Positions 7,083 through 16,118 of a DNA stretch of 32,000 nt are shown in pieces (position 1 is the first letter of the stretch; each line of letters opens with the position of its first letter). A program made the translations under genes and the position numbers. The stretch comes from Copranaerobaculum intestinale (GTDB taxonomy: Bacteria > Bacillota_I > Bacilli_A > Erysipelotrichales > Erysipelotrichaceae): contig NZ_WUUQ01000007.1 of assembly GCF_009831105.1 (NCBI RefSeq), forward strand, positions 30,001-62,000. The letters run 5' to 3'. The notes under the pieces are model-generated. The model worked only from the letters and a program-made list of their open reading frames with translations. It was not told where the DNA came from and did no database searches.

Positions 7083-7976
7083 ATGAAATTTGCGGCAGTC
7101 GATATTGGCGGAACCTTTATTAAATATGCATTGCTGGATGAACAGATGCAGATATTGGATCAAAAACAGGTGGTTACCATGGCCTTGATGGATGCGGAGG
7201 CCTTTTACGATTATTTATGTGAAGAAATGTTAATAGATGGGGCTGATCTGATTGGGATATGCGCTCCCGGTATATTTGATGATCAAGGGATCATGGTGAC
7301 AGCGAGCAGCGGTAATGCTTCGATTATGTATCAGACAGATGTAGTGCAGGAAGTGAAAAATCGTACTGGACTTACGACCTATGTTATCAATGACGCTCGA
7401 GCGGCGGGCTTATGTGAGTGGAAAATGGGAAACTGCCGGGGTTTTGATCGAAGTGCTTGTTATCTGATCGGAACCGGCATCGGCGGCTGTCTGATGGATG
7501 AGCACGGACTGATCCGTGGTTCTCATCACTTTAGCGGTGAATTCAGTTATATGCCGGTGTGGGGCAGGGACGGTAAAGTGGAGCAGCTGGGCAACCATGC
7601 CAGTATGAGCTCTTTGATACGTGCCTATCATGCTCTGCATCCGTATGAGACCATTGACGGCGAAACCATATGTGAACGATATTTGAAGCATGAGCCGGAT
7701 GCGGTCACCTGTGTCAGTCATTGGCTGCAGGCGATTACCATGCAGTTGATTACGATAACTGCGGTCTATGATCCCGGTGTTATCTGTATTGGCGGCGGTA
7801 TTTCCAGAGCTGATTGGTTTTTAAAGGAGCTTGCTGCCCGTTACCAAGCCGGATGCGCTTCCTTTATCTCACCGATGCTGAGCTTCCATACCGAAATTCG
7901 ATCCTGTGCCTTTTATAATGAAGCGAATTTGATCGGTGCGGCAATTCATGCCCGGCGTGAGTTTTATCATATGTGA
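7083..7976 (+). CDS. ROK family sugar kinase (non-zinc subtype)
   Basis: MKFAAVDIGGTFIKYALLD phosphate-1 motif, INDARAA, and GTGIGGC...GEFSY. The canonical ROK His/CxCGxxGC zinc site is absent (GEFSYMPVWGRDGKVEQLGN). Confidence 0.8.
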   Translation: MKFAAVDIGGTFIKYALLDEQMQILDQKQVVTMALMDAEAFYDYLCEEMLIDGADLIGICAPGIFDDQGIMVTASSGNASIMYQTDVVQEVKNRTGLTTYVINDARAAGLCEWKMGNCRGFDRSACYLIGTGIGGCLMDEHGLIRGSHHFSGEFSYMPVWGRDGKVEQLGNHASMSSLIRAYHALHPYETIDGETICERYLKHEPDAVTCVSHWLQAITMQLITITAVYDPGVICIGGGISRADWFLKELAARYQAGCASFISPMLSFHTEIRSCAFYNEANLIGAAIHARREFYHM

Positions 7977-7992
7977 TAAAATATGTTATAAT
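7964..7992 (+). promoter_or_regulatory. Putative promoter for the HAD hydrolase gene (extended -10 TGtTATAAT)
   Basis: TTATCA at 7964-7969, a 17-nt spacer, and TGTTATAAT at 7984-7992. Confidence 0.4.
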
Positions 7993-8015
7993 ACATAACA
8001 AAAGAGGGAGAGCAT

Positions 8016-8891
8016 ATGATAAAAATGATAGCATGTGATATGGATGGAACCCTGCTGAATTCGGAAAACCAGCTTTCAGAGGCAAACCGCATGGCTGTTT
8101 TAGCAGCCCAGCGAAGCGGTATCCGCTTCGTCGTAGCGACCGGACGGGGCCGCCAAAATGTCATTGATCTGCTTCAGAAAAAAGATATACAGTGTGGGAG
8201 CATTCTTTTGAACGGTGCTGTTTATATGGATGAACAACAGCAGCAGCTGTTCAGTCTCCCGCTTTCTAAACCCGCTGCAAATAAAGCTTATCAGGTTTTT
8301 CATAAGTATGAATTATTCAGCCGAATTTTCTGTGAGGATGGGTTTTATTCAGAAGCAAAAAAAGTCAGGCTGATGCATGACATGCTGGCTAGGCTGGGTC
8401 TTGATCATGAATTCAGTGAGGAAGAATTATATACGATGGCAGAAGAGGATGACTTCATCGGTATTACCAAGCCGTTGATTGCCTGGGAAGAAACGCTCAA
8501 CCAGCAGCATATCTACAAACTGGAAGCATTCCGCTACGGCAGTCCGAATTTAGAGATGGTATGCAAGGAGCTGGCGCAGATCGACGATATTGCGGTAACC
8601 TCTTCGTTTGCGAATAATATTGAAGTAACCAATATTCTGGCTCAGAAAGGGCAGATGCTGGAAAAGGTTGCCGCCCACTATGGCTTGATGCACAGTGAAG
8701 TGATGGTGATCGGCGATTCAATGAATGATTTATCGATGTTTCGAAGTTTTTCCAATTCAGTAGCGGTGGCGAATGCTGACATCGAAGTGCGCAAGGCCGC
8801 GTCACAGATAACTGATTCAAACGATCAGATGGGAGTTGCGAAAATCCTATTTCGTACGATTGAAAGCAACCGCCGTCTTCAGGAATTTTAA
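8016..8891 (+). CDS. Cof-type HAD-IIB family hydrolase (sugar-phosphate phosphatase type)
   Basis: Motif I IACDMDGTLL, motif II VVATGR, motif IV GDSMNDLSM, and a cap domain of Cof size. RBS AGAGGGAG. Confidence 0.85.
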   Translation: MIKMIACDMDGTLLNSENQLSEANRMAVLAAQRSGIRFVVATGRGRQNVIDLLQKKDIQCGSILLNGAVYMDEQQQQLFSLPLSKPAANKAYQVFHKYELFSRIFCEDGFYSEAKKVRLMHDMLARLGLDHEFSEEELYTMAEEDDFIGITKPLIAWEETLNQQHIYKLEAFRYGSPNLEMVCKELAQIDDIAVTSSFANNIEVTNILAQKGQMLEKVAAHYGLMHSEVMVIGDSMNDLSMFRSFSNSVAVANADIEVRKAASQITDSNDQMGVAKILFRTIESNRRLQEF

Positions 8892-8902
8892 GGGAGGTCA
8901 TT

Positions 8903-9925
8903 ATGATACCGGTATTATCCTTGCCGACCTGGGACAAGCTGATGAAAGCCTTCCGAGGCTTCAGACGCAGCCGTCCATGGTCGCTGATTGAAGCACAGCA
9001 TATATTTGGGTTTCGTGATCCCCAAAGCGGGCGCCGATATTTTTGCAGTGTTTTGGGAAGCGCCGGCATGGTGACCGGTTTTTATGTGTTTCCGCAGGAG
9101 GAAGCATTGTTTCAATACTTCGATCAAACCCTATCACCAACTGTCGATGTCTCGCTCAGACAGAATATGATTGCCTTTACAATGGGTTCTATGGATGAGC
9201 TGTTCGATGAGGAATATGATATATATGAATCACAAGGGTATCATTTTGCGAAAGGGAAGTGCTTCCTGTTTCATGTTTATGAAATTGGATATGCTCCCTT
9301 TGTGCTGAATGAAGAACAGGCGGAAATACTGTTATGCGGATATGAAGTGCTTAAGCAGATTATTAGCTTGTTGAAGGAAGATACGAATTTTCAGAATGTA
9401 CTGTTTCAGGACGGAAATGATATGAAGATTCCTTTTTTTACCAAAGATCGGAAAGCGTGGAATTACCAGGTGGAAACGCTGGACAGCTATCTGCGGAAAC
9501 AACGCATCTATTCCATGGATGCCATACAGTTTGATAAGCGGGATAAACCGGTTCACGGCACTTGGGAAATCGGAACGCTGTATATGCCGGCAGCGATTCC
9601 AAGTGTTCATCCTAATCGTTACTTTTATCCTAAGGTGCTGATTGTAGCCGATCGTGAAGATAATCGCATCATTGCGATTCTGACCAAAGAGGAACGGCAT
9701 GACAGTGAGGTTTTCATACCGTCGTTTTTTGCTTTACTTCAAAATTATGAATATCTTCCGGCATGTATTATGACGCGGGGTCAAGAAGCTGCTGAGCTAT
9801 TCAAGGAGCTTGATACCGTGCTCGATGTGAAGGTGTTGGAAAATTCAGCGCCGGTTAGTATCATTGATCAGATATGGGCAGGATTCTTGGATTTTGCCCA
9901 TAAAAATCGTTCTATTCAAAGCTGA
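8903..9925 (+). CDS. Conserved hypothetical cytoplasmic protein (340 aa), function unknown
   Basis: A long clean ORF that starts 12 nt after the HAD stop, with a GGGAGG RBS at 8892-8897. It has no transmembrane segments and no catalytic motif I recognise. The N-terminal pattern PW..I....IFGF.DP.SG...YCSVLG..G...G..VF resembles uncharacterised DUF families, from memory only. Confidence 0.6.
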   Translation: MIPVLSLPTWDKLMKAFRGFRRSRPWSLIEAQHIFGFRDPQSGRRYFCSVLGSAGMVTGFYVFPQEEALFQYFDQTLSPTVDVSLRQNMIAFTMGSMDELFDEEYDIYESQGYHFAKGKCFLFHVYEIGYAPFVLNEEQAEILLCGYEVLKQIISLLKEDTNFQNVLFQDGNDMKIPFFTKDRKAWNYQVETLDSYLRKQRIYSMDAIQFDKRDKPVHGTWEIGTLYMPAAIPSVHPNRYFYPKVLIVADREDNRIIAILTKEERHDSEVFIPSFFALLQNYEYLPACIMTRGQEAAELFKELDTVLDVKVLENSAPVSIIDQIWAGFLDFAHKNRSIQS

Positions 9926-9973
9926 ATGGACAAAACCAGGAGGTTAAGATTGTATAAAAACGATTTTTTTCGG

Positions 9974-10002
9974 TTGACTTGTGTTCTTTGACGGTCTATA
10001 AT
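9974..10002 (+). promoter_or_regulatory. Consensus sigma-A promoter driving the lysine riboswitch leader
   Basis: TTGACT (9974-9979), a 17-nt spacer, and TATAAT (9997-10002). Confidence 0.65.
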
Positions 10003-10027
10003 GCCCCTATAGAAAGAGTTGAATAAA

Positions 10028-10236
10028 AAAAGATAGAGGAAGCGATGCATCATAGTATACTGGGGAGCTGGCAAGCGCAGAAACAGTAGAAAGGTAATCA
10101 TCGCCGAAGGATAATTGCTCGGCAGAGAATTGTCCTGGGGTTACAGGGAATACCTGTAGCACTCCTTCCGATAGGAAGAGGCGCTATTGGCACGGACAAA
10201 TCTTTAACGTCGTGTTCATAGCACGACGTTTTTTTA
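10028..10236 (+). promoter_or_regulatory. Lysine riboswitch (L-box / LYS element) with an intrinsic-terminator expression platform
   Basis: GATAGAGGAAGCGA...ATAGTATA...GAAAGG..ATCGCCGAAGG...CCTGGGGTTACAGGGAATACCTGTAGCAC...GGAAGAGGCGC matches the conserved cores of the B. subtilis lysC and T. maritima lysine riboswitches (AGAGGxGC, AGTA, GCCGAAGG, CCUGGGG-stem-GGGAAUACC-stem-CAC). The terminator is AACGTCGTG (10206-10214) / CACGACGTT (10222-10230) plus a T7 run. Confidence 0.8.
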
Positions 10237-10320
10237 TTCGCATCGTGAAATGAGGGATGCTAATGAATCATGGCCGAGTTTCTTATGATTAAATCTTCAT
10301 AAACAATTGGAGGAACTTAC

Positions 10321-11868
10321 ATGAAGAAAAAGCTTATGGTTATTGCGGTGGCACTCATGTGCATGCTGCCAATTACCCAGGTGCATGCCAAGGATACCGA
10401 AAAAAAGACATTTACCGTGGGAATGGAGTGCAACTATGCACCGTTCAACTGGTCACAGGTCGATCCGAGTGATTCAGCTGTGCAGCTGCAGGACGGCGGG
10501 TATTGTGACGGATACGATGTAGCAATTGCTCAGAAAATTGCCGATAAATTGAATCGTGAATTAATTATTAAAAAAATGAGCTGGGATGGTTTGGAACCTG
10601 CGCTGCAGGGAAATATCATCGACGCGGTGATTGCCGGTATGACCGATACGGCTGAGCGGCGGGAGCGGGTAGCATTTACGAAGCCCTATTATAAATCCGA
10701 TATGGTTATGATCGTCCGTAAGGACAGCCCATTAAGCAAGGCGCATACCTTGAAAGACTTTACCGGGAAGACGGTTATGGGACAGCTGAATACGCTGTAT
10801 GATACCGTGATCGATCAGGTGCCGGAGGTGAAGCACGCTAAGGCACTTGAGGATTATCCGGCTATGGTCATGCAGCTGAATAAGGGATTGGTTGATGCAA
10901 TCACTGCGGAACTGCCAGTAGCGGCTGGGATTGTTTCAACGAATAAGGAGCTGACGTATACTGAGTTTGAGAAAGGCAAGGGATTCAATGTTGATCTGAC
11001 TGATACTTCAGTATCGATAGCGGTAAACAAGGATAATGAGAAGTTAAAAAATGATATTCAGAAAGTATTGAATGGTATTTCGGAGAAGGAACGCAAAAAA
11101 ATGATGGATGCCGCAATCACAAGGATTCCCAGCGGCAATTTAGAATTAAGTGATAATTTGCTGGTATCCGCCGGTCAGATATTGCAGAAATACGGACCTT
11201 TGTTTATCAATGGTATCAAATCAACATTGATCCTTGCCTTTAGCGGTACGCTGCTGGGTCTGTTGATCGGCTTACAGGTCGGTGCCATCAAGGCGATCAA
11301 AGTAGATAAGCGTGACCCGCTGCTGCTGAAAATCGGAAAACGGATTTTAAGCTTTATCTTGTCGGTATATATTGAAGTATTCCGTGGAACGCCGATGATG
11401 GTACAGGGTGCCTTTATCTTCTATCTGGTACGTGATTGGGTGGCATGGAGTCCGTTTACTGCCGGTATTGTCGTTATTACGATTAACACCGGTGCATATA
11501 TGGCCGAGATTGTACGAAGCGGTATTCAGTCAGTCGATATAGGGCAGACTGAAGCGGCACGCTCACTGGGCATGACGAATCTGCAAACGATGCGGCATAT
11601 TATCATTCCGCAGGCGATCCGCAATTCCTTCCCATCGATTTGTAATGAATTTGTGGTCAATATCAAGGATTCTTCAGTATTGAATGTGATTGCTGTAACC
11701 GAATTATTCTATCAGGCGAAGAGTGTTGCCGGTTCTCTATATGCCTTTGTACCAACTTACTTCGTCGTAGCGTTGATTTATCTCTGTCTGACATTCCCGA
11801 CCACCCGTATTCTGGGGCTGATCGAGAAGCGGATGAATAAGACTTCCGGCTACAAGGAGGGTCAATAA
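10321..11868 (+). CDS. Amino-acid ABC transporter, fused substrate-binding protein and permease (polar amino acid PAAT family); probably a lysine importer
   Basis: An N-terminal signal peptide ([23 protein letters not shown]) and an SBP_bac_3-like domain, followed by a His/Glu/Gln/Arg-type permease with the EAA loop ([22 protein letters not shown]). It lies directly downstream of the L-box. Confidence 0.85.
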   Translation: MKKKLMVIAVALMCMLPITQVHAKDTEKKTFTVGMECNYAPFNWSQVDPSDSAVQLQDGGYCDGYDVAIAQKIADKLNRELIIKKMSWDGLEPALQGNIIDAVIAGMTDTAERRERVAFTKPYYKSDMVMIVRKDSPLSKAHTLKDFTGKTVMGQLNTLYDTVIDQVPEVKHAKALEDYPAMVMQLNKGLVDAITAELPVAAGIVSTNKELTYTEFEKGKGFNVDLTDTSVSIAVNKDNEKLKNDIQKVLNGISEKERKKMMDAAITRIPSGNLELSDNLLVSAGQILQKYGPLFINGIKSTLILAFSGTLLGLLIGLQVGAIKAIKVDKRDPLLLKIGKRILSFILSVYIEVFRGTPMMVQGAFIFYLVRDWVAWSPFTAGIVVITINTGAYMAEIVRSGIQSVDIGQTEAARSLGMTNLQTMRHIIIPQAIRNSFPSICNEFVVNIKDSSVLNVIAVTELFYQAKSVAGSLYAFVPTYFVVALIYLCLTFPTTRILGLIEKRMNKTSGYKEGQ

Positions 11869-11869
11869 T

Positions 11870-12604
11870 ATGAGTATTCTGAGTGTTCGCCATCTGCAAA
11901 AGCATTTTGGTGATTTGAAAGTACTGAATGATATTGATTTCGAAGTGCAGGAAGGGGAAACCGTCTGCATCATCGGTTCCAGCGGCAGCGGTAAGTCGAC
12001 GCTGCTTCGCTGCCTGAATTTATTAGAGATGCCAGACGGCGGAGAAATTTGCTATCACGATAAAAATATTATGGAAGGACATATCGATCTGAATATGCAT
12101 CGTGCAAAAATCGGAATGGTATTCCAGTCTTTCTATCTCTTTAATAATATGAATGTGCTGGAAAATTGCGTTTTGGGGCAGCGTAAGGTATTGAAGCGGG
12201 ATCGCAAAGCATGTGAAGCAAAAGCGCTGGAGCTTCTGACTAAAGTCGGAATGGAAAAGTTTGTGAAAGCAATGCCGTCAACCTTATCCGGAGGGCAAAA
12301 GCAGCGTGTGGCAATCGCTCGTGCACTGTGCATGGATCCGGAAGTGCTGCTGTTTGATGAGCCTACCTCAGCTTTGGACCCGGAAATGGTCAATGATGTG
12401 CTGAATGTTATGAAGGGACTGAGCGGCAGCGGCTTAACAATGGTTGTAGTAACCCATGAAATGAGTTTTGCCCACGATGTCGCTGATCGAGTTATTTTCA
12501 TGGATAAAGGCGTGATCGAAGAAGAGGGAACTCCTGAACAATTGTTTGACAATCCGCAAAAAGAACGTACTAAAGCGTTCCTAAGTCATGAAAAAATCAA
12601 TTAA
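11870..12604 (+). CDS. Amino-acid ABC transporter ATP-binding protein (GlnQ/HisP type)
   Basis: Walker [10 protein letters not shown], signature [15 protein letters not shown], Walker [12 protein letters not shown], and H-loop VVTHEM. It starts 2 nt after the permease stop. Confidence 0.9.
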   Translation: MSILSVRHLQKHFGDLKVLNDIDFEVQEGETVCIIGSSGSGKSTLLRCLNLLEMPDGGEICYHDKNIMEGHIDLNMHRAKIGMVFQSFYLFNNMNVLENCVLGQRKVLKRDRKACEAKALELLTKVGMEKFVKAMPSTLSGGQKQRVAIARALCMDPEVLLFDEPTSALDPEMVNDVLNVMKGLSGSGLTMVVVTHEMSFAHDVADRVIFMDKGVIEEEGTPEQLFDNPQKERTKAFLSHEKIN

Positions 12605-12617
12605 GAAATAAGAAAAA

Positions 12618-12649
12618 GAACTGCGCTATATGGTTAGCGCGGTTCTTTT
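12618..12649 (+). terminator. Intrinsic terminator of the amino-acid ABC operon
   Basis: AGAACTGCGCTA / TAGCGCGGTTCT stem with one G-U pair, followed by TTTT. Confidence 0.6.
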
Positions 12650-12828
12650 AGGTAAAGAATATTTTTTATCTTCCTGCAGTTCATGATTGTGATGCTTTGC
12701 ATCTATGGTAAAATAAAAGAAATGAATTGAAAATCAACCGATATATGATCGGATATCCATCTATTACAGGTCAATTTCAATGGGATGCATTTCAAAAGAC
12801 TATTCATATGATAGCGGAGGATAAAACA

Positions 12829-13578
12829 ATGGACGAAGAATTTATCAATCTTACTTTAGAAAATTTGGATCAGGAGCATGTATGCTGTATCATTCGCACT
12901 CGTACCCTGCATCCCGGTGTCGAGGCAAAGCGGGCATGGCTGCGGGAACGCTTAAAGGAAGGTCATGTGTTTCGCAAGCTTCATGAAAAGGCGACTGTAT
13001 TTATTGAATATGCCCCACTTGAGTCAGCTTGGGTTCCGATCGTCGGTGACAACTATTTTTATATGTACTGTCTATGGGTAGATGGCAGTATGAAAGGTCA
13101 TGGCTATGGAAAATCATTAATGGAGTATTGCATTGCCGATGCGAAGGCGCAAGGTAAATCGGGTGTATGTATGCTAGGTTCCAAGAAACAGAAAGCATGG
13201 CTGTCGGATCAGGCATTTGCGAAGCGATACGGATTCAAAACAGTAGATGCTACTGATAACGGTTATGAACTGCTTGCACTTTCTTTTGATGGCACTGTGC
13301 CTAGCTTTTGCGAAGCTGCCAAGCAGATGACAATCGAGGAAGCATCGCTGACAATTTATTATGATGCGCAGTGTCCTTTTATCTTACAGACGATCAAGAT
13401 GATTAAAAACTACTGTGAGGATAATTCTATCTCGGCATGCTTCCTTGAGGTTGACAGTCTTATGACTGCCAAAAATTTACCTTGTGTTTTCAATAACTGG
13501 GCGGTTTTTTATAAAGGAAAGTTTGAAACGGTCAATCTTTTAAATCCGGATTCGCTTAAGCGTATTCTTAAGAAATAA
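12829..13578 (+). CDS. GNAT N-acetyltransferase with a C-terminal YoaP-like domain
   Basis: The start was refined to the ATG at 12829 (GGAGGA RBS at about 12815); the listed ORF 12727 starts upstream of a likely promoter. The N-terminus MDEEF...EHVCCI...GVEAKRAWLRERLKEGH and the GNAT core (KGHGYGKSLMEYCIADAK) are followed by a thioredoxin-like YoaP-type C-domain (IYYDAQCPF...NLPCVFNNWAVFYKGKF). Confidence 0.75.
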   Translation: MDEEFINLTLENLDQEHVCCIIRTRTLHPGVEAKRAWLRERLKEGHVFRKLHEKATVFIEYAPLESAWVPIVGDNYFYMYCLWVDGSMKGHGYGKSLMEYCIADAKAQGKSGVCMLGSKKQKAWLSDQAFAKRYGFKTVDATDNGYELLALSFDGTVPSFCEAAKQMTIEEASLTIYYDAQCPFILQTIKMIKNYCEDNSISACFLEVDSLMTAKNLPCVFNNWAVFYKGKFETVNLLNPDSLKRILKK

Positions 13579-13707
13579 GCGATTCATATATTGTTTGTCC
13601 AATGAATGGAGTGCACTTCACAAAAGTATGTACTCCTTTTTTATCGTCAATGATTTCTGCTTCTTTCATATCATTTCAATTTTTTTGTAGATTCTTGAAA
13701 AAGGGTA

Positions 13708-13736
13708 TTGACAGAAATTCAAAATCTATGTATTAT
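13708..13736 (+). promoter_or_regulatory. Putative sigma-A promoter of the ytr-like ABC operon
   Basis: TTGACA (13708-13713), a 17-nt spacer, and TATTAT (13731-13736). It is immediately followed by GTA(C/T)-containing repeats (13737-13764) that are candidate operator half-sites. Confidence 0.5.
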
Positions 13737-13772
13737 TGTATTAAGCAATTAGTACAGTGGTACAAAGGGGTG

Positions 13773-14030
13773 ATGGTGATGACAAAAAAGAAGCAGGATC
13801 AGATGGTATTGGGAATCCTGTTGTTTCTATCTATTTTTGTAAATCTACTGATCATGGTTGGTATTCTCAATACCTATTGCTGGTTTTGGAACTTGTTATT
13901 TCTGTTCATGGGACTGCTTCTGTTAGTGGATGATTCCTCGCCTTATAAACAGCAGGTGAGCTATCCGATGTGCAGCTTGTATCTGGGCTGGGGATGCAGC
14001 GTGTTGTTCGCCCTGTCTGCAGGTATCTGA
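13773..14030 (+). CDS. Small integral membrane protein (about 85 aa, 3 predicted transmembrane segments), first gene of the ytr-like operon
   Basis: The start is ATG 13773 or 13779, downstream of AAGGGG (13765-13770). The upstream part of the listed ORF 13602.. contains the promoter. The sequence is hydrophobic (LGILLFLSIFVNLLIMVGIL, WNLLFLFMGLLLLV, LYLGWGCSVLFALSAGI). Confidence 0.5.
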   Translation: MVMTKKKQDQMVLGILLFLSIFVNLLIMVGILNTYCWFWNLLFLFMGLLLLVDDSSPYKQQVSYPMCSLYLGWGCSVLFALSAGI

Positions 14031-14043
14031 AAGGAGAAAACAT

Positions 14044-14751
14044 ATGGAAAATAATGAGATGTTATTGGAAATTACCGGGCTTAGTAAGGCTTATGGTAAA
14101 AAAATTGCACTGCATAATGTGAATTTGAATATTCACAGCGGTCAGATCGTAGGATTGCTTGGGCCAAACGGAAGCGGGAAGACAACTCTGATCAAGGTGT
14201 TGAACGGACTGTTAAAGGATTACGACGGTGATGTGAAGATTAACGGTAATCCGATTGGTCCAAAGACGAAATCAATCGTATCCTACCTGCCCGATGAACC
14301 TTATTTTGCCGACTGGATGCATGCTAAGGATGCGCTGTCGCTGTTCTGCGATTTATATGAGGATTTTGATTATAGCCGTGCGCTGGAGTTGATGAAGCGT
14401 TTTCAGCTGACTGAGGATATGAAGATCAAGTCGATGTCCAAGGGTATGAAGGAAAAATTTCAGCTGGCGCTTGTCATGTCACGAAAAGCGCGCTTAATCG
14501 TATTGGACGAACCGATCGGCGGTGTCGATCCGGCGGCTCGGGAAGTAATATTGGATACAATTCTAAGCAATTACCGGGAAGATCAAACAATTCTGATTGC
14601 CACACACTTGATTGCGGATATTGAACGAATTTTTGATTCTGTTGTATTTATTAAGGAAGGTAATGTTGTATTGGATAAAGATGTGGAAGCAATTCGTCAG
14701 GAAAGCGGTAAATCAATTGATGAATTGTTCCGGGAGGAATTCAGATGCTAA
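14044..14751 (+). CDS. ABC transporter ATP-binding protein (YtrB-like)
   Basis: Walker A GPNGSGKTT, a degenerate signature MSKGMKEKF, Walker B LIVLDEPIGGVD, and H-loop ATHL. RBS AAAGGAG. Confidence 0.85.
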   Translation: MENNEMLLEITGLSKAYGKKIALHNVNLNIHSGQIVGLLGPNGSGKTTLIKVLNGLLKDYDGDVKINGNPIGPKTKSIVSYLPDEPYFADWMHAKDALSLFCDLYEDFDYSRALELMKRFQLTEDMKIKSMSKGMKEKFQLALVMSRKARLIVLDEPIGGVDPAAREVILDTILSNYREDQTILIATHLIADIERIFDSVVFIKEGNVVLDKDVEAIRQESGKSIDELFREEFRC

Positions 14752-15521
14752 ACCATTTGTTAAAGTTAATGAAATATGAACTGAAGTGCACCTACCGCAG
14801 CTTTGGTCTTGTATATGTCGTAATTTTAGCGGCTTCCTTCTTTTTAACTCCGAATTCAGATGGAAGCCAAGCAGCGATGATCCTGGCGATGATTTACGGT
14901 ATTGCGATCGGCACGCTGGTCGTTATGATCTTTGTAACAGTAATTCGCAACTATTATACGTCAATGTTTCAAAAGCAGGGCTATCTGACACAGACTCTGC
15001 CAGTGAAATCCTATGAACTGATTTCATCGAAACTGCTGATTGCGTATTTCTGGATTGTTGTTTCAGTTTTGATTATAATTATCTCAACGTTTATAATCGC
15101 TTTTAAAGCGAATAATGCTAGTTTTAATGATATATTAGAAGTCATCAGACAGCTTTTACAAGCGACAATGGATAGAGATTTCTGGCTTATTCTCGGATAT
15201 TTTATCATTACCCCATTGGAAGCGATTCTATTATTCTATCTGACAATGACAGCTGTTCATACAAAGTATGTCAGAAAACATCGAGTGCTGATCGGCATCG
15301 CGCTGTACTTTGTTATCAGTTATGCGGTATCTTATGTAACGGATGTCATTCTGTCACTATCCAGCGGCGCATTTGATACTGCCTTTTACCAGTCGGTATC
15401 GGTGGTTCAGTTCCGCAGTGAGGCACAAACATGGATGATGCTTGGATTCAGTGCTGTTTTGGCGGTCGTATATTTTATCGGCACCTGTTATATCCTGGAT
15501 CATAAATTGGAAATTGAGTAA
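14745..15521 (+). CDS. ABC transporter membrane component (multi-pass, family unassigned)
   Basis: It overlaps the ATPase gene by 7 nt (ATGCTAA) and has about 6 hydrophobic segments. Confidence 0.6.
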   Translation: MLNHLLKLMKYELKCTYRSFGLVYVVILAASFFLTPNSDGSQAAMILAMIYGIAIGTLVVMIFVTVIRNYYTSMFQKQGYLTQTLPVKSYELISSKLLIAYFWIVVSVLIIIISTFIIAFKANNASFNDILEVIRQLLQATMDRDFWLILGYFIITPLEAILLFYLTMTAVHTKYVRKHRVLIGIALYFVISYAVSYVTDVILSLSSGAFDTAFYQSVSVVQFRSEAQTWMMLGFSAVLAVVYFIGTCYILDHKLEIE

Positions 15522-15733
15522 TGAAAAATTGTCGCAGTACCATTGTAGCGACCATGATGGTATTTGTCTGTAGTCTGCTTGCTATTTGTTATCGCTACCG
15601 CGATATTTTAATAAAGGATAAGGTATCACTGCTCCTTATCACGACAACCTTTGCAGTGATACTTTATTACTTCAAACGAACACTTGCTTATTCAAAAGTG
15701 AGTTTCCGATATAAAAGGAGGTTTCACCTATGA
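15521..15733 (+). CDS. Small membrane protein (70 aa, 2 transmembrane segments)
   Basis: It is translationally coupled on both sides (TAATG at 15519-15523, ATGA at 15730-15733) and has two hydrophobic helices. Confidence 0.45.
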   Translation: MKNCRSTIVATMMVFVCSLLAICYRYRDILIKDKVSLLLITTTFAVILYYFKRTLAYSKVSFRYKRRFHL

Positions 15734-16083
15734 AATTTGATCCTAATATTCCGATCTATTTACAGATCATGGATGATTTCAAAAAGGGGATTATTTCCGG
15801 CCTGTATCCACCGGCATCAAAAGTAGCTTCGGTGCGTGAACTGGCTGTCACATATGGGGTGAATCCCAATACGGTTCAACGCGCATTAGCGGAACTGGAG
15901 CGTACGGGAATGGTACGAAGTGAACGTACCAGCGGTCGTTTTATAACCAACGATGAAGAGCTTATCAAAACGCTGAGACAGGAAGTTGCCTTGGCACAGG
16001 TGAAACATTTCTTACAGGAATGTGAAGCAATGGGGCTTGGTCAGCAGGAAATTAAAGATATTTTAGCGACTCAATGGGACTGA
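15730..16083 (+). CDS. GntR family transcriptional regulator, YtrA subfamily
   Basis: A winged HTH (SVRELAVTYGVNPNTVQRALAELERTGMVRSERTSGRFIT) with the short (about 50 aa) two-helix C-terminal domain typical of YtrA-type regulators. Confidence 0.85.
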   Translation: MKFDPNIPIYLQIMDDFKKGIISGLYPPASKVASVRELAVTYGVNPNTVQRALAELERTGMVRSERTSGRFITNDEELIKTLRQEVALAQVKHFLQECEAMGLGQQEIKDILATQWD

Positions 16084-16100
16084 TATACAGTCCCTTTTTT
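16076..16100 (+). terminator. Weak intrinsic terminator after the GntR gene
   Basis: GGGAC / GTCCC 5-bp stem followed by T6. Confidence 0.4.
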
Positions 16101-16118
16101 ATGGATAGTTGTTAACTG

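Noticed and set aside
8497-9069. 190-aa minus-strand ORF spanning the junction between the HAD gene and the hypothetical gene.
   Set aside because: It overlaps two convincing plus-strand genes and their RBS. The composition is Pro/Ser/Arg/Cys-rich, and there is no start context.
9960-10240. Considered a T-box leader upstream of the amino-acid ABC transporter.
   Set aside because: There is no T-box sequence (AAnnnGGGTGGnACCGCG-like) and no specifier-loop architecture. The conserved blocks match the lysine riboswitch instead.
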